Below, in pieces: positions 39,261 through 51,132 of a DNA stretch of 64,000 nucleotides. Origin of the DNA: Podarcis melisellensis. Its lineage: Eukaryota. Location of the stretch: the NCBI GenBank assembly GCA_964234715.1, contig OZ174282.1, one strand, 5' to 3'. Every line of letters begins with the position of its first letter. Position 1 is the first letter of the stretch. The position numbers were made by a program, and so were the translations under genes. Under the pieces are notes generated by a model that saw only the letters and a program-made list of their open reading frames with translations, was not told the DNA's origin and did not search any database.

Positions 39261-39492
39261 ACTTCTCTCTGGAAAGCTCTGTAACTTCTGTGGAATACAA
39301 AATTGTGGCCTCCCAAGTGGTTATTAGGGATTTTCAAAAGACACCTTGCTCCACCACAATCTATTTCATTTTGCTTTGAATGGAGAGCTTGTGAGGCAGG
39401 GGAGGTTTTTTGTTGTTGTTGTGGGACTCTTCTCTGCGGGGTCCCCCCCCCCATTCTATTCTGTTCTGTTTTCTTTTATTGTTTTGAAAAGT

Positions 39493-42400
39493 ATGGGCAA
39501 GCCACTCAGCAGGCCTGACTGTTTAAGGCAGAGTCCTGCTTGCTTGGGGAAAGGAGAGGATGAGGATGGGTATATAGAAGACTGTTACGTCCCTCAGAGG
39601 TCCATCTACGACACCATGAGGATAAATGAGCAAATTGATCAGGGGTCCAAGACTAGCCAGCCTTCCAAGAGTACCCTTGAAAAAGGGGATGGCAGCACAA
39701 TCTCTAGCAATGGAACTTTAGGGGCACCCAGTGTCTTTGAATCAAAGGCACCTGAGAGCAAAAAGTTAGACGAGAGGGTCATTTTTGATGCCTTGAAACT
39801 TAGTAGTGATGTTTCCAAGTCAGCACCAGCACCCCCAAGGCGGCGGCCAAATCCAGAGAAGAAGGAGAATGTCAACAGGCGGTCATGGAAGTCCTTTATG
39901 CCACCCAATTTCCCTGAGTTTGCTGAGAGAATTGAGGCCTCCTTGAGTGAAGTCTCAGAAGCTGGAGTTTCTAACCCATCCTTGCAAGAGAAGCAGGAGT
40001 CCACTGCCATGTTGGCAGAGAGCCCTAGGCAGTCCGACCAGGGGGAATGCATGTCAGAGCCGTTGACCCTGGAGCACATTCCCAAACTGTCTGGAGTTCC
40101 AGAAATTCAGGAAGTGAAGCAGCTAAGTGAAGCCTTCTGCGAGTTGTCTCAGGATGAGTGCCAGCCTCTTCTGGGACCAGAGGACATGGTAGTTGACCTG
40201 ACCGGCGGCAGGCGGCGGGACCACAGGCTCTCGAGCGCCACGTGGCCAAGGGTGATGAAAAATGCCATCAGAGCAGGCCTTGGCAGTGGGCATCATGACA
40301 CCTTGGAGGCAGACAACACAGACTGTGTCGTAGAAACGGTGCCACTGTCTCCTTGCCTGAGTGAAGAGCTCCTGGACCCAGGAATGAGCATTCTCATCGC
40401 CCCCAACCTCCGGGAAAGGACTGAGTCGGAGCTGAGGTTTGAGGAGGATGAGCGATTGATCATGATGGAGACTGGGGAGGAGTGGGAGGAAGGCTTGCTG
40501 TCAGGGAAGGCTGCTGAGAAAAGAAGTTGTTACTTGACAGATATTTCTGAAGAAAAGGAACAATTAAGTGTTCCAGCCGTGACAGTTACGGAAGCTATAG
40601 AGAGTTTTGCTGGTGTCCAAGGGACCTCTAACCACCCATCTCACTGGCAAGAGCTGTGGGATGACTCACAGCTGCGAGCTGTCAACTCTGCTCCCGTTCC
40701 CCAGGAAACGCACCAAGACTTAAACGCTACTCTTGAGGAGGAGGAGGAGGCTGGTGCCTGCAATGCTGAAGCTGTAGCAGCCGAAGTGGAAGAGGAGGAA
40801 TTTGCTTCTGGCCTAGAAGCCTGTGCCAGCTCTCTTGCCCCAGAGCAGTTCTCTGACACGGATTCTGTGCAGATGTTCCTTGAACTAGAAAAGCTTTGCA
40901 TGCTCGAAGAAGGAGGGGATGGAGTGGCTCCAGGTGATCTGGGAGTGCAGGATGCTAATCAGTGTTCAGAAGGGCTGGACATGCAGAAGGACTTGGCGGG
41001 AGCCTCCCAGCCCTTGACTCACCTTGAAGTCAGCATGGCAGACTCTGCTGTGGTCTCAGATCTGGAGGACTTTGATGCCACATGTGGTTCTCAAGCAGTA
41101 AGTACAGCAGAAGCTACCCTTTCAGAGTGCTACTCTGAACGGGAAACTTCTGGTGACTCTGAAAAGGTGACGTCTTCCAGTCCTCCGCTTGAAAAAGATG
41201 CTGTATCCCAACAATCACTCTCATCCTTAGTTAGTCAGATAGAGGAGTATGGGGCAGAACTGTTGGCAGGTCATGACCCTGCAGAAAGCCAGAGGGTCAA
41301 AGGATTGTTGGACTTTGCCATGGGTGAACCTGTGGCTTCAGTTGATTTCCCTTGCTGTAGAGAACCACCTCCTTGCATCCATGTTCTTGCCATTGGCAGA
41401 GAAACTGAGCAGCAGCAAATGCAGCCTGTCATTTGCTATGAAGCAAAGGAGGTATCCCCGAGCCATGATGAACTTGCCACAACTGCTGAGGAGCTGGACT
41501 CCCAACCAGATTTTGACTTGGCAAAAGAGATGGTGAGCGCTATGGGGAAAGAGCTGCAGGCTTGCGATGAGCTCAACCCATCAGAAAGGACTGACTTCTC
41601 CAACTGGGATGTCCCAGAGCTGGTTTCTGAGGATGAAGTTGCAGAACTGGATAAAGAAAACCTCCTTTGTGGGGGCCATGTTAGTGACATAGAGGATGTA
41701 GATAGTTCCTGGGTGCCTTCACAAAGTGAGTTTGTATTGCGGGACTCTGAGGAGCCTCTAAAACATGTAGGCTCCTCTGAGAACTTGAAGGCTGTGTGTC
41801 AACTTGAGCCTTTAACAAGGCTGCTGTGTGATGGAGAAGTGTCAGCGAGTGCAGCCCTTCTCCAGGAGGAAACACCAGAGGTAGTTGAGCAGGGAGCAGC
41901 AGCAGCAGCCAAAGGCAGCCCAGTGGAAGAGAAGAGATATTGCTTGGAACCTGGAGACTTGGAGTTCCTTTTTGGGCAGAGCAGGGACAGTGAGATAACA
42001 AAGGATGAGGAATATAGTGCCAAGTTTGTGTGTACCAACTCACAAGCTTTTGTTGAAGATTTGTTTGCTGCACAGCCCAGTTCAGAAGACTTGGCTGCCT
42101 CTTTTGGAGAGGAATCTGCTTCTGTCAGTCCCCTCCCTAGTGACAAGGCTCTTGATGCCCCTCCAGATAGCCCAGAGGAGCTTGCTGACCCCTTTCCTTC
42201 TGCTGGAGTGGGGCCTTCCATCACTGATGGTCCAGCAGCTGTAACATGTTCCACCCTGCCTTTGCCATCCTCACTTGCTTCTACCCCAGAAGCAGAAGGG
42301 CCTGTTGTGGATGCTGCCTGCTTATCCAGGTATAAAGAAGTTTGTGGTCAAGATTGTCTTCCAGGAGTCACTTCAGAGCCCAAAGCAGAGGACCTGATAC

Positions 42401-42855
42401 CATTCTTACTAAATGCAGAGGAGATGTCCTCTGCTTCTGTGCCATTCTCCTTGGAAAATATGCCTCTAAGTAGAGAGGAACAGCCTGCTCTGGAAGAGCT
42501 GGCCAATGCCACAATGCCCACCTCCACCAAGGAGCCTGTTCAGGTGGTCCAAGCGATTAAAGGCCTTGCCATCTCTATGCCATTGGGTGCAGATGGTGTG
42601 CCAGAGCCACCAGAAGTTGGTTTCTCTCTGGCACCTGGAGCAGTGTGGGATACAGTCTGCAGCACACCACATCTGCCCTCTTCTGCAGCACCTGAAAGTG
42701 AAGAGGAGGAGCTGACCTCTGCTGTGCCAGACTCAGAAAGTACCTCCTTTTCTTCCCTCGTTGCTGAAGGGCCTCCTGCTGAAACGGATGGATTGGTTCC
42801 AGATAATGAGGTATTTGTTTCCCCTGGTCCCCACACGCTGCCATATCAGACATAA
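39493..42855 (+). CDS. KIAA0754: KIAA0754-homologous ORF: 1106 codons to a donor at 42810, or 1120 aa if read through to TAA; probable alternative first exon of MACF1
   Basis: Uninterrupted ORF starting MGKPLSRPDCLRQSPACLGKGEDEDGYIEDCYVPQRSIYDTMRINEQIDQGSK, recognised as the KIAA0754 N-terminus. Conserved blocks RRSWKSFMPPNFPEFAERIEASLSEVSE, PLSPCLSEELLDP, SDTDSVQMFLELEK. Same intronic position in MACF1 as recalled for human. Confidence 0.92.
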   Translation: MGKPLSRPDCLRQSPACLGKGEDEDGYIEDCYVPQRSIYDTMRINEQIDQGSKTSQPSKSTLEKGDGSTISSNGTLGAPSVFESKAPESKKLDERVIFDALKLSSDVSKSAPAPPRRRPNPEKKENVNRRSWKSFMPPNFPEFAERIEASLSEVSEAGVSNPSLQEKQESTAMLAESPRQSDQGECMSEPLTLEHIPKLSGVPEIQEVKQLSEAFCELSQDECQPLLGPEDMVVDLTGGRRRDHRLSSATWPRVMKNAIRAGLGSGHHDTLEADNTDCVVETVPLSPCLSEELLDPGMSILIAPNLRERTESELRFEEDERLIMMETGEEWEEGLLSGKAAEKRSCYLTDISEEKEQLSVPAVTVTEAIESFAGVQGTSNHPSHWQELWDDSQLRAVNSAPVPQETHQDLNATLEEEEEAGACNAEAVAAEVEEEEFASGLEACASSLAPEQFSDTDSVQMFLELEKLCMLEEGGDGVAPGDLGVQDANQCSEGLDMQKDLAGASQPLTHLEVSMADSAVVSDLEDFDATCGSQAVSTAEATLSECYSERETSGDSEKVTSSSPPLEKDAVSQQSLSSLVSQIEEYGAELLAGHDPAESQRVKGLLDFAMGEPVASVDFPCCREPPPCIHVLAIGRETEQQQMQPVICYEAKEVSPSHDELATTAEELDSQPDFDLAKEMVSAMGKELQACDELNPSERTDFSNWDVPELVSEDEVAELDKENLLCGGHVSDIEDVDSSWVPSQSEFVLRDSEEPLKHVGSSENLKAVCQLEPLTRLLCDGEVSASAALLQEETPEVVEQGAAAAAKGSPVEEKRYCLEPGDLEFLFGQSRDSEITKDEEYSAKFVCTNSQAFVEDLFAAQPSSEDLAASFGEESASVSPLPSDKALDAPPDSPEELADPFPSAGVGPSITDGPAAVTCSTLPLPSSLASTPEAEGPVVDAACLSRYKEVCGQDCLPGVTSEPKAEDLIPFLLNAEEMSSASVPFSLENMPLSREEQPALEELANATMPTSTKEPVQVVQAIKGLAISMPLGADGVPEPPEVGFSLAPGAVWDTVCSTPHLPSSAAPESEEEELTSAVPDSESTSFSSLVAEGPPAETDGLVPDNEVFVSPGPHTLPYQT

Positions 42856-44612
42856 AATTACTTTTTTTGTAGGAAGTGACTTGGGGAGGAAGCGAGGAGT
42901 TAATCCATAGTTGACTGACTGATGTAATTTGGAGTACAAAGCATGCCTGACTTTTTCTTCCTTTTGTTAAAATTTGGGTTCTCCTTCCCTTTGAAAGGGG
43001 GTTACATTTTGTAGGTCTTGATAGAAACAGTGTTGGGTTGGTGGGTTTCTTTTTCTTTTCAGGTGTGGGGAGGGTTTCAAACAAGAACAAACCTGTCATT
43101 ATCTTGCTTACGTAAAAATATTCTTGCCACCACCAATGTCTTGAACTGACTTATTCAAGTAGCATTATGTTCATGCGCTTAGAAGCAAATTATACATTTT
43201 CTTTTGAAAGATTGTGATTAAGTGTGGGTAGCTGCAGAGCTCATAGATGGGAAAATGTGTTGCTAAGAGGGAAATAGTATAAGGCAAATTCCAGCTAACA
43301 ACGTTACATAAATGATAAAAACCAACCAACTGCCTAGTCAAGGTTCTTTCAAATCCATAGAGAAGAAAAGAAGTTGCTGAAAACGTTTTATTTAAATCTC
43401 CAAGTAAAGAAGGGGTTTGGAAAAGAGAAGCTTTTGTGCCAAGTCTGTTTGCAGCACCAAACGTCTATAAAAGGGCATTGTTTTCTTTTGGATACTGATT
43501 TTGACAGTTGTCAACCAAGCTAAGCTAGTTTTTTGTACTTTTTAAACTGTCATGACGTTGGTTTTTTCCCCCTACCCCCCTGCCTAGGAACTTGGCTTGG
43601 TTGCAATTTCTCACGCTTCAGACAGTTGCACATTTGAAAAACAAGAAAAGCAGAAGTAGCCAGAGGCTTGAGAAGGGCTATGATGTAGTGTTCAATTCAC
43701 ATGTGGAAAACAGTCTCCAACTGTGGGCAGAAGGCTGAGTTTTTCTCAGTGAAAAAATGCAGCACCCACAGCCAAGACTGTACAGTTCAGACCTGTAATT
43801 AGGAAGAAAGGTGGGGGGGGGAGCAGGGGATGCCAAGCTAAGCCAAACTGACATGAATTATCGCTCTGGGTTTATTACAGTCTGTCCAGCTGAGTCTGAG
43901 GAGAGAGAGCTATCTGAGGAGAGAGAGCTATTTGATAGAAAACATTATCAGTCCTATGGTGCCCAGAGTGGGAGATATTTGCTCAACACCCCAGGGTCAA
44001 AACAGCCAGGGAATTATCTGGAAGGTGCTCTTAGCTGTTGCCATGGTTGGTTCTACAGGGGAGAAGAGAAGCTATGAGGGGTTATGGGGCATTTCACACA
44101 TTGCCAAACTGTTGTGCTGCTAGGTATGAGATAGGATCTCCCACTTTTTAATATGGTGCAAAGCAGCTGTGAGCCCCCAAACTGGATGGTTGGAACTGCA
44201 CTAGGGAGAGAGTGTTTAGTTGCTGCCACTTACTCGACCATCTCTTGTTTTCCTTATCTAATCCTCCATTCTCACTTTAGCTGTGTGATGATGGGGGAAC
44301 GGGCAAGTACATTAGGCAAGAAGCCATGACTTCTCCTGGCTTTCTGATTGGTGTGTCTGCATGATACATTTATTGCAAGTGTGTGTGTGTTGCATTTGCA
44401 CTTGGATAAAATATAAACCAGCTGTTAGGTAGGAGAAAGAGGTCAGCAGCTTTACCATGAAGAATGGGAACAGGATACTAGAAAAGAGTCTTGAGAGAAG
44501 CATCTTGTAAATGAAAGCCTGGTAGCATCATTAGGAGGGCAGGGAAGCAGAGAATAACAAACAGATGAATTCTGTTTATTTTCTGGGTAATTCTGCAAAA
44601 CTTGCTTCCAAA

Positions 44613-44844
44613 TTCATTCATTCATTCATTCATTCATTCATTCATTACATTTATATCCCACCTTTCTCTAGGAAGCTCAATATGGCCTACAAGCTTCTCC
44701 CCATTTCTTAATCACAACAACCCTGTGAGGTGGGTTAGACTGAGAGTGAGTGGCTGGCCCAAGACCACACCCAGTGAGCATCATGGCTGAGTGGGGATTT
44801 GAAGCCTGATTTCCCAGCACTCTAACCACTACACCACACTGACT
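44613..44844 (-). mobile_element. tRNA-derived SINE (Squam3-like) with (GAAT)n tail
   Basis: CTCTAACCACTACACCACACTG head (reverse complement), ACAACAACCCTGTGAGGTGGGTT core, (ATTC)n at 44613-44646. Confidence 0.75.
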
Positions 44845-47638
44845 CCTGTGAATAGGAACACGGACTGGCATTCTCCACCCCAAACACACGCACATTTCGT
44901 TTCTCTATTGGGCTAACCCAAATGTCACAAAATGGTACAGAAGTTTTTAAGTTCGCCAAAACTTTTCATTGGTCTAGATGGGAAGAAGGTACTTTTGTCA
45001 AGCCATCCATTTCTGCATCTGGTAAGAGTCTTAAGATGAAGAGTGGGAAGAGGTAGACCCCCCCCTTTTCTCCCCTCACATATTTACTGTCTAAAAATGG
45101 CCCTTCCCAGTGTAGCACCATCCAGATCTTTTTGAACTACAGTTTGGCTGTGCTGACTGGGGCTGACGGGAGTTGTAGGACAGTGTGTCTTGAAGGCGCC
45201 ATGTTGGGGAAGGCTGGTGTGAGGAAAAGGGCCGCATGCTGGCCCTCCTATTGCAAGGCAGTTAGTGTCTGTCCTCCCTTTTCTTTTGCCCTCCAGTCTT
45301 TCCTCCTCCTGCTGCTTTTGCTTCTCTGATCAGGGAAAGGTTTGCGCCTTTGTCCAAGTGAGAGCTAGCCAGCCAGTGCTCTGGCATCCTCTCCGCGTTC
45401 TGTATTTGAAGCTCTAAGCTATGCTTCCAAGTATTTTCTGCCGAGGCGGTTGTTAAGGCTGGGTTTTGCGTTTTTAAGCCTCCCCCACTAAACCTGTCTC
45501 TGGTTTCTGGATCATTCCCACCCAAATATGGCAGCTGTTCCTGATTGTGGGTGGGGGTGGGGATTTTGCTTGAACAGAGCAAAATGCTTTGGAGTCCTCT
45601 CCTGTGTTCGTTTTAAAAATAAGTTTTGTATTTGAGGTTATGGCCGGAGCGTGTAGGAAGAGGTGGCGGCATGTCCCTTCAGAGAGCTTGCATGCCTGGC
45701 TTATCGGTCTGGGGTGTGTGTGTGTGTCTGTGTGTCTGGCTGCTGTTGCATGTAGGAGGGCCCTTTCCATTTATATCTATCTATAAAATATATAATATAA
45801 AATAAGCAGTCCCAGCAGAAGGGCTGGGTGAGTCGTTTGCTGTTATGTTGCCATCAATCCTTCTTATGGCAGAATGGCTCTATAGCTCTGGACAGCATCT
45901 TCATTTAATATCCTGGCATGTTCCCATTTCTGGAGACAAGTTGCTGAACGTTGCAAGGGAGGAAAACATTTCCCCCTGACTTTTCCAAGCTTAGATTCTT
46001 GCTGCCTTGCATCGCAGCTGTCTCGCTCAGGGCCCTCCGTAAAACATAGGGAAGTTTGGGCACAGTTTTGTTTGGAAGTGGCTGCTAAATCTTTAGCTGG
46101 CTGCAAAGCTTTAGAAATGTGTTGCTGTTCCTCAATTTCTTATGAACAGAGCAATTTGTTGCTTCGGTTTGGTGGTTTTTGCTGCTGATTTACTTTTCAT
46201 GTGCCACTTTCCCCTGGGAGCAAAGGGCTCCTTAAAGATCACCAAAAACTACCTCGCCAGGTGTTTTGGACTACAACTCCCATCATCCCTCACCATTGTC
46301 TATGTTGGCAGGAGTGGGAGTCCAGAGCACCTGGGGAGGCTGTGAATGAGTATGAGCGTGCTTTTTCTTTCTCCCACTCCTGCTGCTGACATTTATCATG
46401 ACACCCCTATGAGGTAGGGCAAACTGACAAATAGTGGTGATTCAGGGCTATTGGATGAATAAGAGACTTCGTCCTGGGAGTCTTGTGTTCTAGCAATTAC
46501 TCAGCAGCTTTAAAAAGACCCCAGCAACCAGGTACTAAGAAATTGCGGGGGGGGGAGGGGCATGTTGCGTAATGCACTGCTTGAAATTTGAATGTTTTTT
46601 TCAGCTCTGGACCTTAATACATTTGGTCATGGTTAAATGCCCTATGGGATTTAATCACACATCTAATTTTTTTGTTATAAAACAAAAGTCTGTAGTTTGA
46701 AGTAATTGTGTTTAAATGCCACGGCAGATGAATTCTACCACTTACACCTGCACAAATCATGCATTTTAATATGATATTTACAGAATTGCTGTGTGTTGAC
46801 TTGATCTTTTTGGAAAGGCACCTGATAAATCTTGTTAATAAAAAAAGGGTTCTCCCAATGAAGCATGAGAAAGAGGCTCTTCTGGGTGGCGTATCTTGGC
46901 AGGATCCCAGCAAGACAAAGCACTCTGGTATATCTGAACCAATGTCTGTAGCTTTCGAGTAACACAAAACTCCTTGCCTAGACCAGATGTGCGGAACCTC
47001 AAGTTGTTGCTGAAATACAACAACTCCCACCATCCTTGGTCTTCAGCCATGCTTTCTGGAGCTGATGGGAGTTGCAGTTTAGTAACATCTGGAGGGCGAA
47101 AGGTTCCTTGCACCTGGTCTCAGTGATATGCCAATAGATGTTGGCCCAATAAGAAGAAGCAATAAAGACAACTTTTTGTTTTAAAATGGAGGTTCAAAGG
47201 AAGACTGCCAGGGTGTAGGAAGATGCCTAATCTTAAGTCAGACTATTGGTCCATATAGTCCAGGAGTATCTACACAACTGGCAGCAGGTCTCTAAGGATT
47301 CCTTCCCACCCCTACTTGGATACAGTGAATGTATTTATTCTGTCTTCTGTCCCAAGCAGAAAACATTTGCTGCCTCTGAAGTAAGGTGTGCACAGAACTG
47401 TCTCTTGCAGTGCATGATGGCAGCCTTCGTGCAAAGAGTAAGAACCAGTCCAGGGGCTGGATGCAGCTGGTGTGGCTTCGAAGGGCATGGTGGGATGGGA
47501 GGCTCTTCTGCCCTTTTTCTCGCCTCCTGAGGAGAGGAGTTTGCTCAAGGGCAGCTACCCTTTGAGTGTCACTCTCAGTGTGGCCTCTGACCACTTCGGG
47601 TGCTCTTCACGCAGCTGTCTTGCAGGGCAGTGGGGAGG

Positions 47639-47641
<3 letters not shown>

Positions 47642-47686
<45 letters not shown>
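47642..47686. repeat. (AAT)n microsatellite
   Basis: Directly visible. Confidence 0.95.
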
Positions 47687-47688
<2 letters not shown>

Positions 47689-50626
47689 TTATACCCTATC
47701 CATCCAGTAGGGTTTTCCCAGTCACTCTGAGGAGCTCCCAACAGACTAAATGCAATGCCTCTTCCTTTAATTTGCCACCCTGGGCAACTGCCCTGTTTTC
47801 CTCCTGTAAATACAGTGTGCCCGGAGATGCTGGGGATTGAATCTAGGAGCTTCTGCATGCAAAGCAGTTAATTATAAGAAGAGCCTTGATAGGCCAGAGG
47901 AACTGACTAATCCAGTATCCTGTTCTCCGGCTGGCCAGCAAGATGGGAAGCCTGGACCTGAATGCAGCGATGGAGGCAGAGCATAGCCATTGTGGCTAAT
48001 TGCCATTGATAGCCTTCTCCTCTGTGAATTTGTCTAATCTTTTTAAAGCCATCTAGGTTGGTGACTATTCCTGCATCTTGTGATAGGTGCTCTTCCATGC
48101 AGCTACAGCCCTTCCCATAAGTTGAATCAATGTAAGCTGAAGGAGAAGGGACTGTGTGCATTTTAAAAGGAAGTTCTGGAAGAGAAAGGGCAGCAAGAGG
48201 AGCGGGAGGCAGCTGGGAAGAGAATGAGGTGCTAGACCAATCAAATGATATGGTCAGGTGGAGGGGAGGGGAAGGCGCTGGAATGACAGTTGATGTTTCT
48301 CCAGGACAGCATCAAACCTTCAGGTGTTTATTGACTCACATAACTCCTTTGTGTTCATTAAATAAAAAAATAGTAAATCTAGCCCTCTATAAAGAACCTT
48401 GAAGATCACAGTGAAAGTTTTGCGCCAGACATGGAAGTGAGGCAGAAGGGATTGGGATGCAGGTTTAGTAAACTCATCCTTTGCTCTGTCCCTACAAAAG
48501 GAAGTTGCAGCATAAAGTATATCCTCCTTAATTTCCATCTGCCAGCTTGGCTTTGGGCCTCTGCTGTTTAGCAACCATCCAGGGCAAGCAGTCCTATGTC
48601 ATCTGCCACTGTGGCTGCTGTTGATGGTTCCTTGGAGTTTGCCCAGCTCTGTGTGAAGCAGGCCACTGTTCTTCCCATTCCACAGGGGGGGAACCAAGTG
48701 ACATGAAAGAGCAACATGCCGTGCGCTCTATCATGGTATATTGTCAGAACTCCCAGAAACACACAGGGCTTGTCGTCGTCACTGAGATCAGTTTACATGT
48801 GCAGCTGGGAGTCAACAAGCTGAGAATCAGGCAGTCCAAAACATATCTAAACTGGTCCTTAGTGGGCTAAGGGTCTCTTTCCAGGGATGCTTTAGCTAGA
48901 CAGTGAGCAGTTTGGATGAGATTGCCTTCCTGAGCCTTGAATAGGCAGTGCAAATTCCAACATGGAAGCATCTTTTGTGTAGGAATTTGTGTTCATATGA
49001 ATCTCCCTTGATTCCAGCCATTGGATTCTTCCCTACCTGTGATCATATGTATTCCTGGGAGTTGCAGAGGTTTGGCGTTTCACGTGCCCACATGGCTAAA
49101 TGGCCTCTTCTGCTGTAGTGTTCCCAAGTGAAGGAGCTACCTGCCTTCCCCTTTTTCTTAATTCCTCCTCTGCTACCATTTCCCCTTCACAGGAGCCTCC
49201 CTTTCCTGGGAAGGAGAAATGGCAGCTCTTTGTCAGAGTCTTGTCTGTCATCAGGTACTTTTCAGAAGATCCAGGGCTCCCTGATAGGAACAGCCTTCTC
49301 CTGATTTTATCTCGCACCTTCTTCCCTCCCTTTATTTCTAAACCTTGCTTTGCCTTATGGAGCTTTTTTTCTCTCACAAGGTCGTGGGAAGATCTTGGAG
49401 ATTGAGCAATTGCACTCATCTTTCTTTTGTCTTTTTGAGTGATAATGCAGCAAACTTTCCATATGTTTATGATACCTTGTGCATGTGGAAGGCAGTGTAT
49501 AGGAAGCAGTTGTGCAGCTGGTGTGAACATGCTGTGGAATGTGGTGCTCTCTCCAGCGGTGTTGAGAGAGGGAGGTGGATAAGTTTTTCTCCAAGAGAGA
49601 GAGTGAATTATGCCTGTCAACCTTACAGAGGAGTGTGGGTGTGTAGCTAATCTGACTTTTCTGGTGCAGGAGGTGGTGGTGGAGAGAGATGTAGCTGCTG
49701 GCCACTTTGCCTTCTAGGGCCACATGTTGTGTTTCAGTACAGCCTCATTTGTTGCCATGACTTTTCCTCCCAGCTCTAAATGCAACAGAGCTAACACTCT
49801 TCTTGTCTATCAGGTTGGCTGGCTGGTTTTTACAGAGATACCCTTTATAGCTCAGCTGCATTTTCTTTCTTTTTGCTTGTGTTTAAAACCTTTTTCCAGA
49901 AGTGAAACAAAACTCCAGATTCCTCTCTGCAAATACCTTTATATCCTCAGCTCAAGATACTGATAGCCAATTAGTAAGCTAGTCCATTCTCATTAACTTG
50001 CTATCTCTGCAAGCTTCATTCATGGGTTGGTGTGATCTGTAAATGAAGTCTGGCATTCATATGTAGGAGATGCTCTCAGCCACAGCTGGAGACAGAATGA
50101 AATGGTTAGCCAGTAGCCTCCAGGGATTGCCCTAAGGCAGCCTTCATCAACTGGGTGTGCGCCAGATATTTTCTACTGCAACTCGCATCAGCTCAGCCAG
50201 CACTGGCAATATTCAGGAATGATGGGAATTGTTGTCAAAAAGTCTTGGGGGTACAAGGCAGGCCGAGGGTGCCCGAAAGTACTGAGCAGCTTCTTGCCAG
50301 TCTGGTGTTAGATTTAGATCAATGTTGTGTGCTGACAGAGACCTGGATTCAAATCCCTCCATAGCCTTGATGTTCACTGACAGCCAGTCATCTTGTCCTT
50401 GGGACAGTAAGAATCTCCACTAATGCATCATCTATCTCACAAGTTTGTTGTTAGGATAAAATTGGAGTGGGGCTAACTATGTACAGTATGCTGCCCTGAG
50501 TTCCCAGCCTGATAAAACTATAGCAAATAAAAAGGCTAAGTAAGACAACTGATGATTTGTGATGGAGGCTGACATCCTTTGTCTCTGTCTCTCCCTCCCC
50601 CATCCCCCGCTTCCATGTTTCCTCAG

Positions 50627-50788
50627 ACATTCCAGAAGGAGCAAGTTGACCCCCTTCAGGCAAAACTGCAGCAAGTCAATGGGCTCGGACAGGGACTCAT
50701 CCAGAGTGCGGGAAAGAATTGTGACGTCCAGGGCTTGGAACATGACATGGAGGACATCAACACCCGCTGGAACACCCTCAACAAGAAG
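50627..50788 (+). CDS. MACF1: MACF1 coding exon ([30 protein letters not shown]...NTLNKK)
   Basis: Strong pyrimidine tract, cctcag acceptor; AAG|gtgagc donor; 162 nt, phase 0-0. Confidence 0.96.
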
Positions 50789-51131
50789 GTGAGCTGCACT
50801 TGGTGGCTCCTCGGCATTACTAACAACGTCCTTCTGCTGGGAGGGGCAGTGGGATACAGCCTGCAGGCACACAAGGTGACCACCTTGCAGAACTAACCAG
50901 GCCTGAACATGGTTGATGCTTGGATGGGAGATGCCTTGGGAACCCCAGGTATGCCACTTTGGGTTCCACGATGGAAGAAAGGTGGGATTTAAAATGCACT
51001 TCAACTATTTATATTGCATGGGAGCTGTTAGGATGCAGGAGGAGGGTGCCTGCCCATGAGCAGAGTGAAGATCATTGTCAGTGAAGTCCAGGCCACCTAG
51101 TGCTAGGCATGGAGAATGGATGTGGGCCTTT

Positions 51132-51132
<1 letters not shown>

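Noticed and set aside
37335-39300. Many long overlapping ORFs (up to 296 aa) on both strands
   Set aside because: Expected from stop-codon scarcity in a CpG island; R/G/P/A-rich with no recognisable domain.
39346-39492. Hydrophobic 49-aa N-terminal extension of the 1169-aa ORF, resembling a signal or transmembrane segment
   Set aside because: Starts at a non-ATG codon and reflects T-rich sequence; homology begins at MGKPLS (39493).
41055-41085. EDFDATC as a FFAT (VAP-binding) motif
   Set aside because: Lacks the required aromatic residue at position 2 of EFFDAxE.
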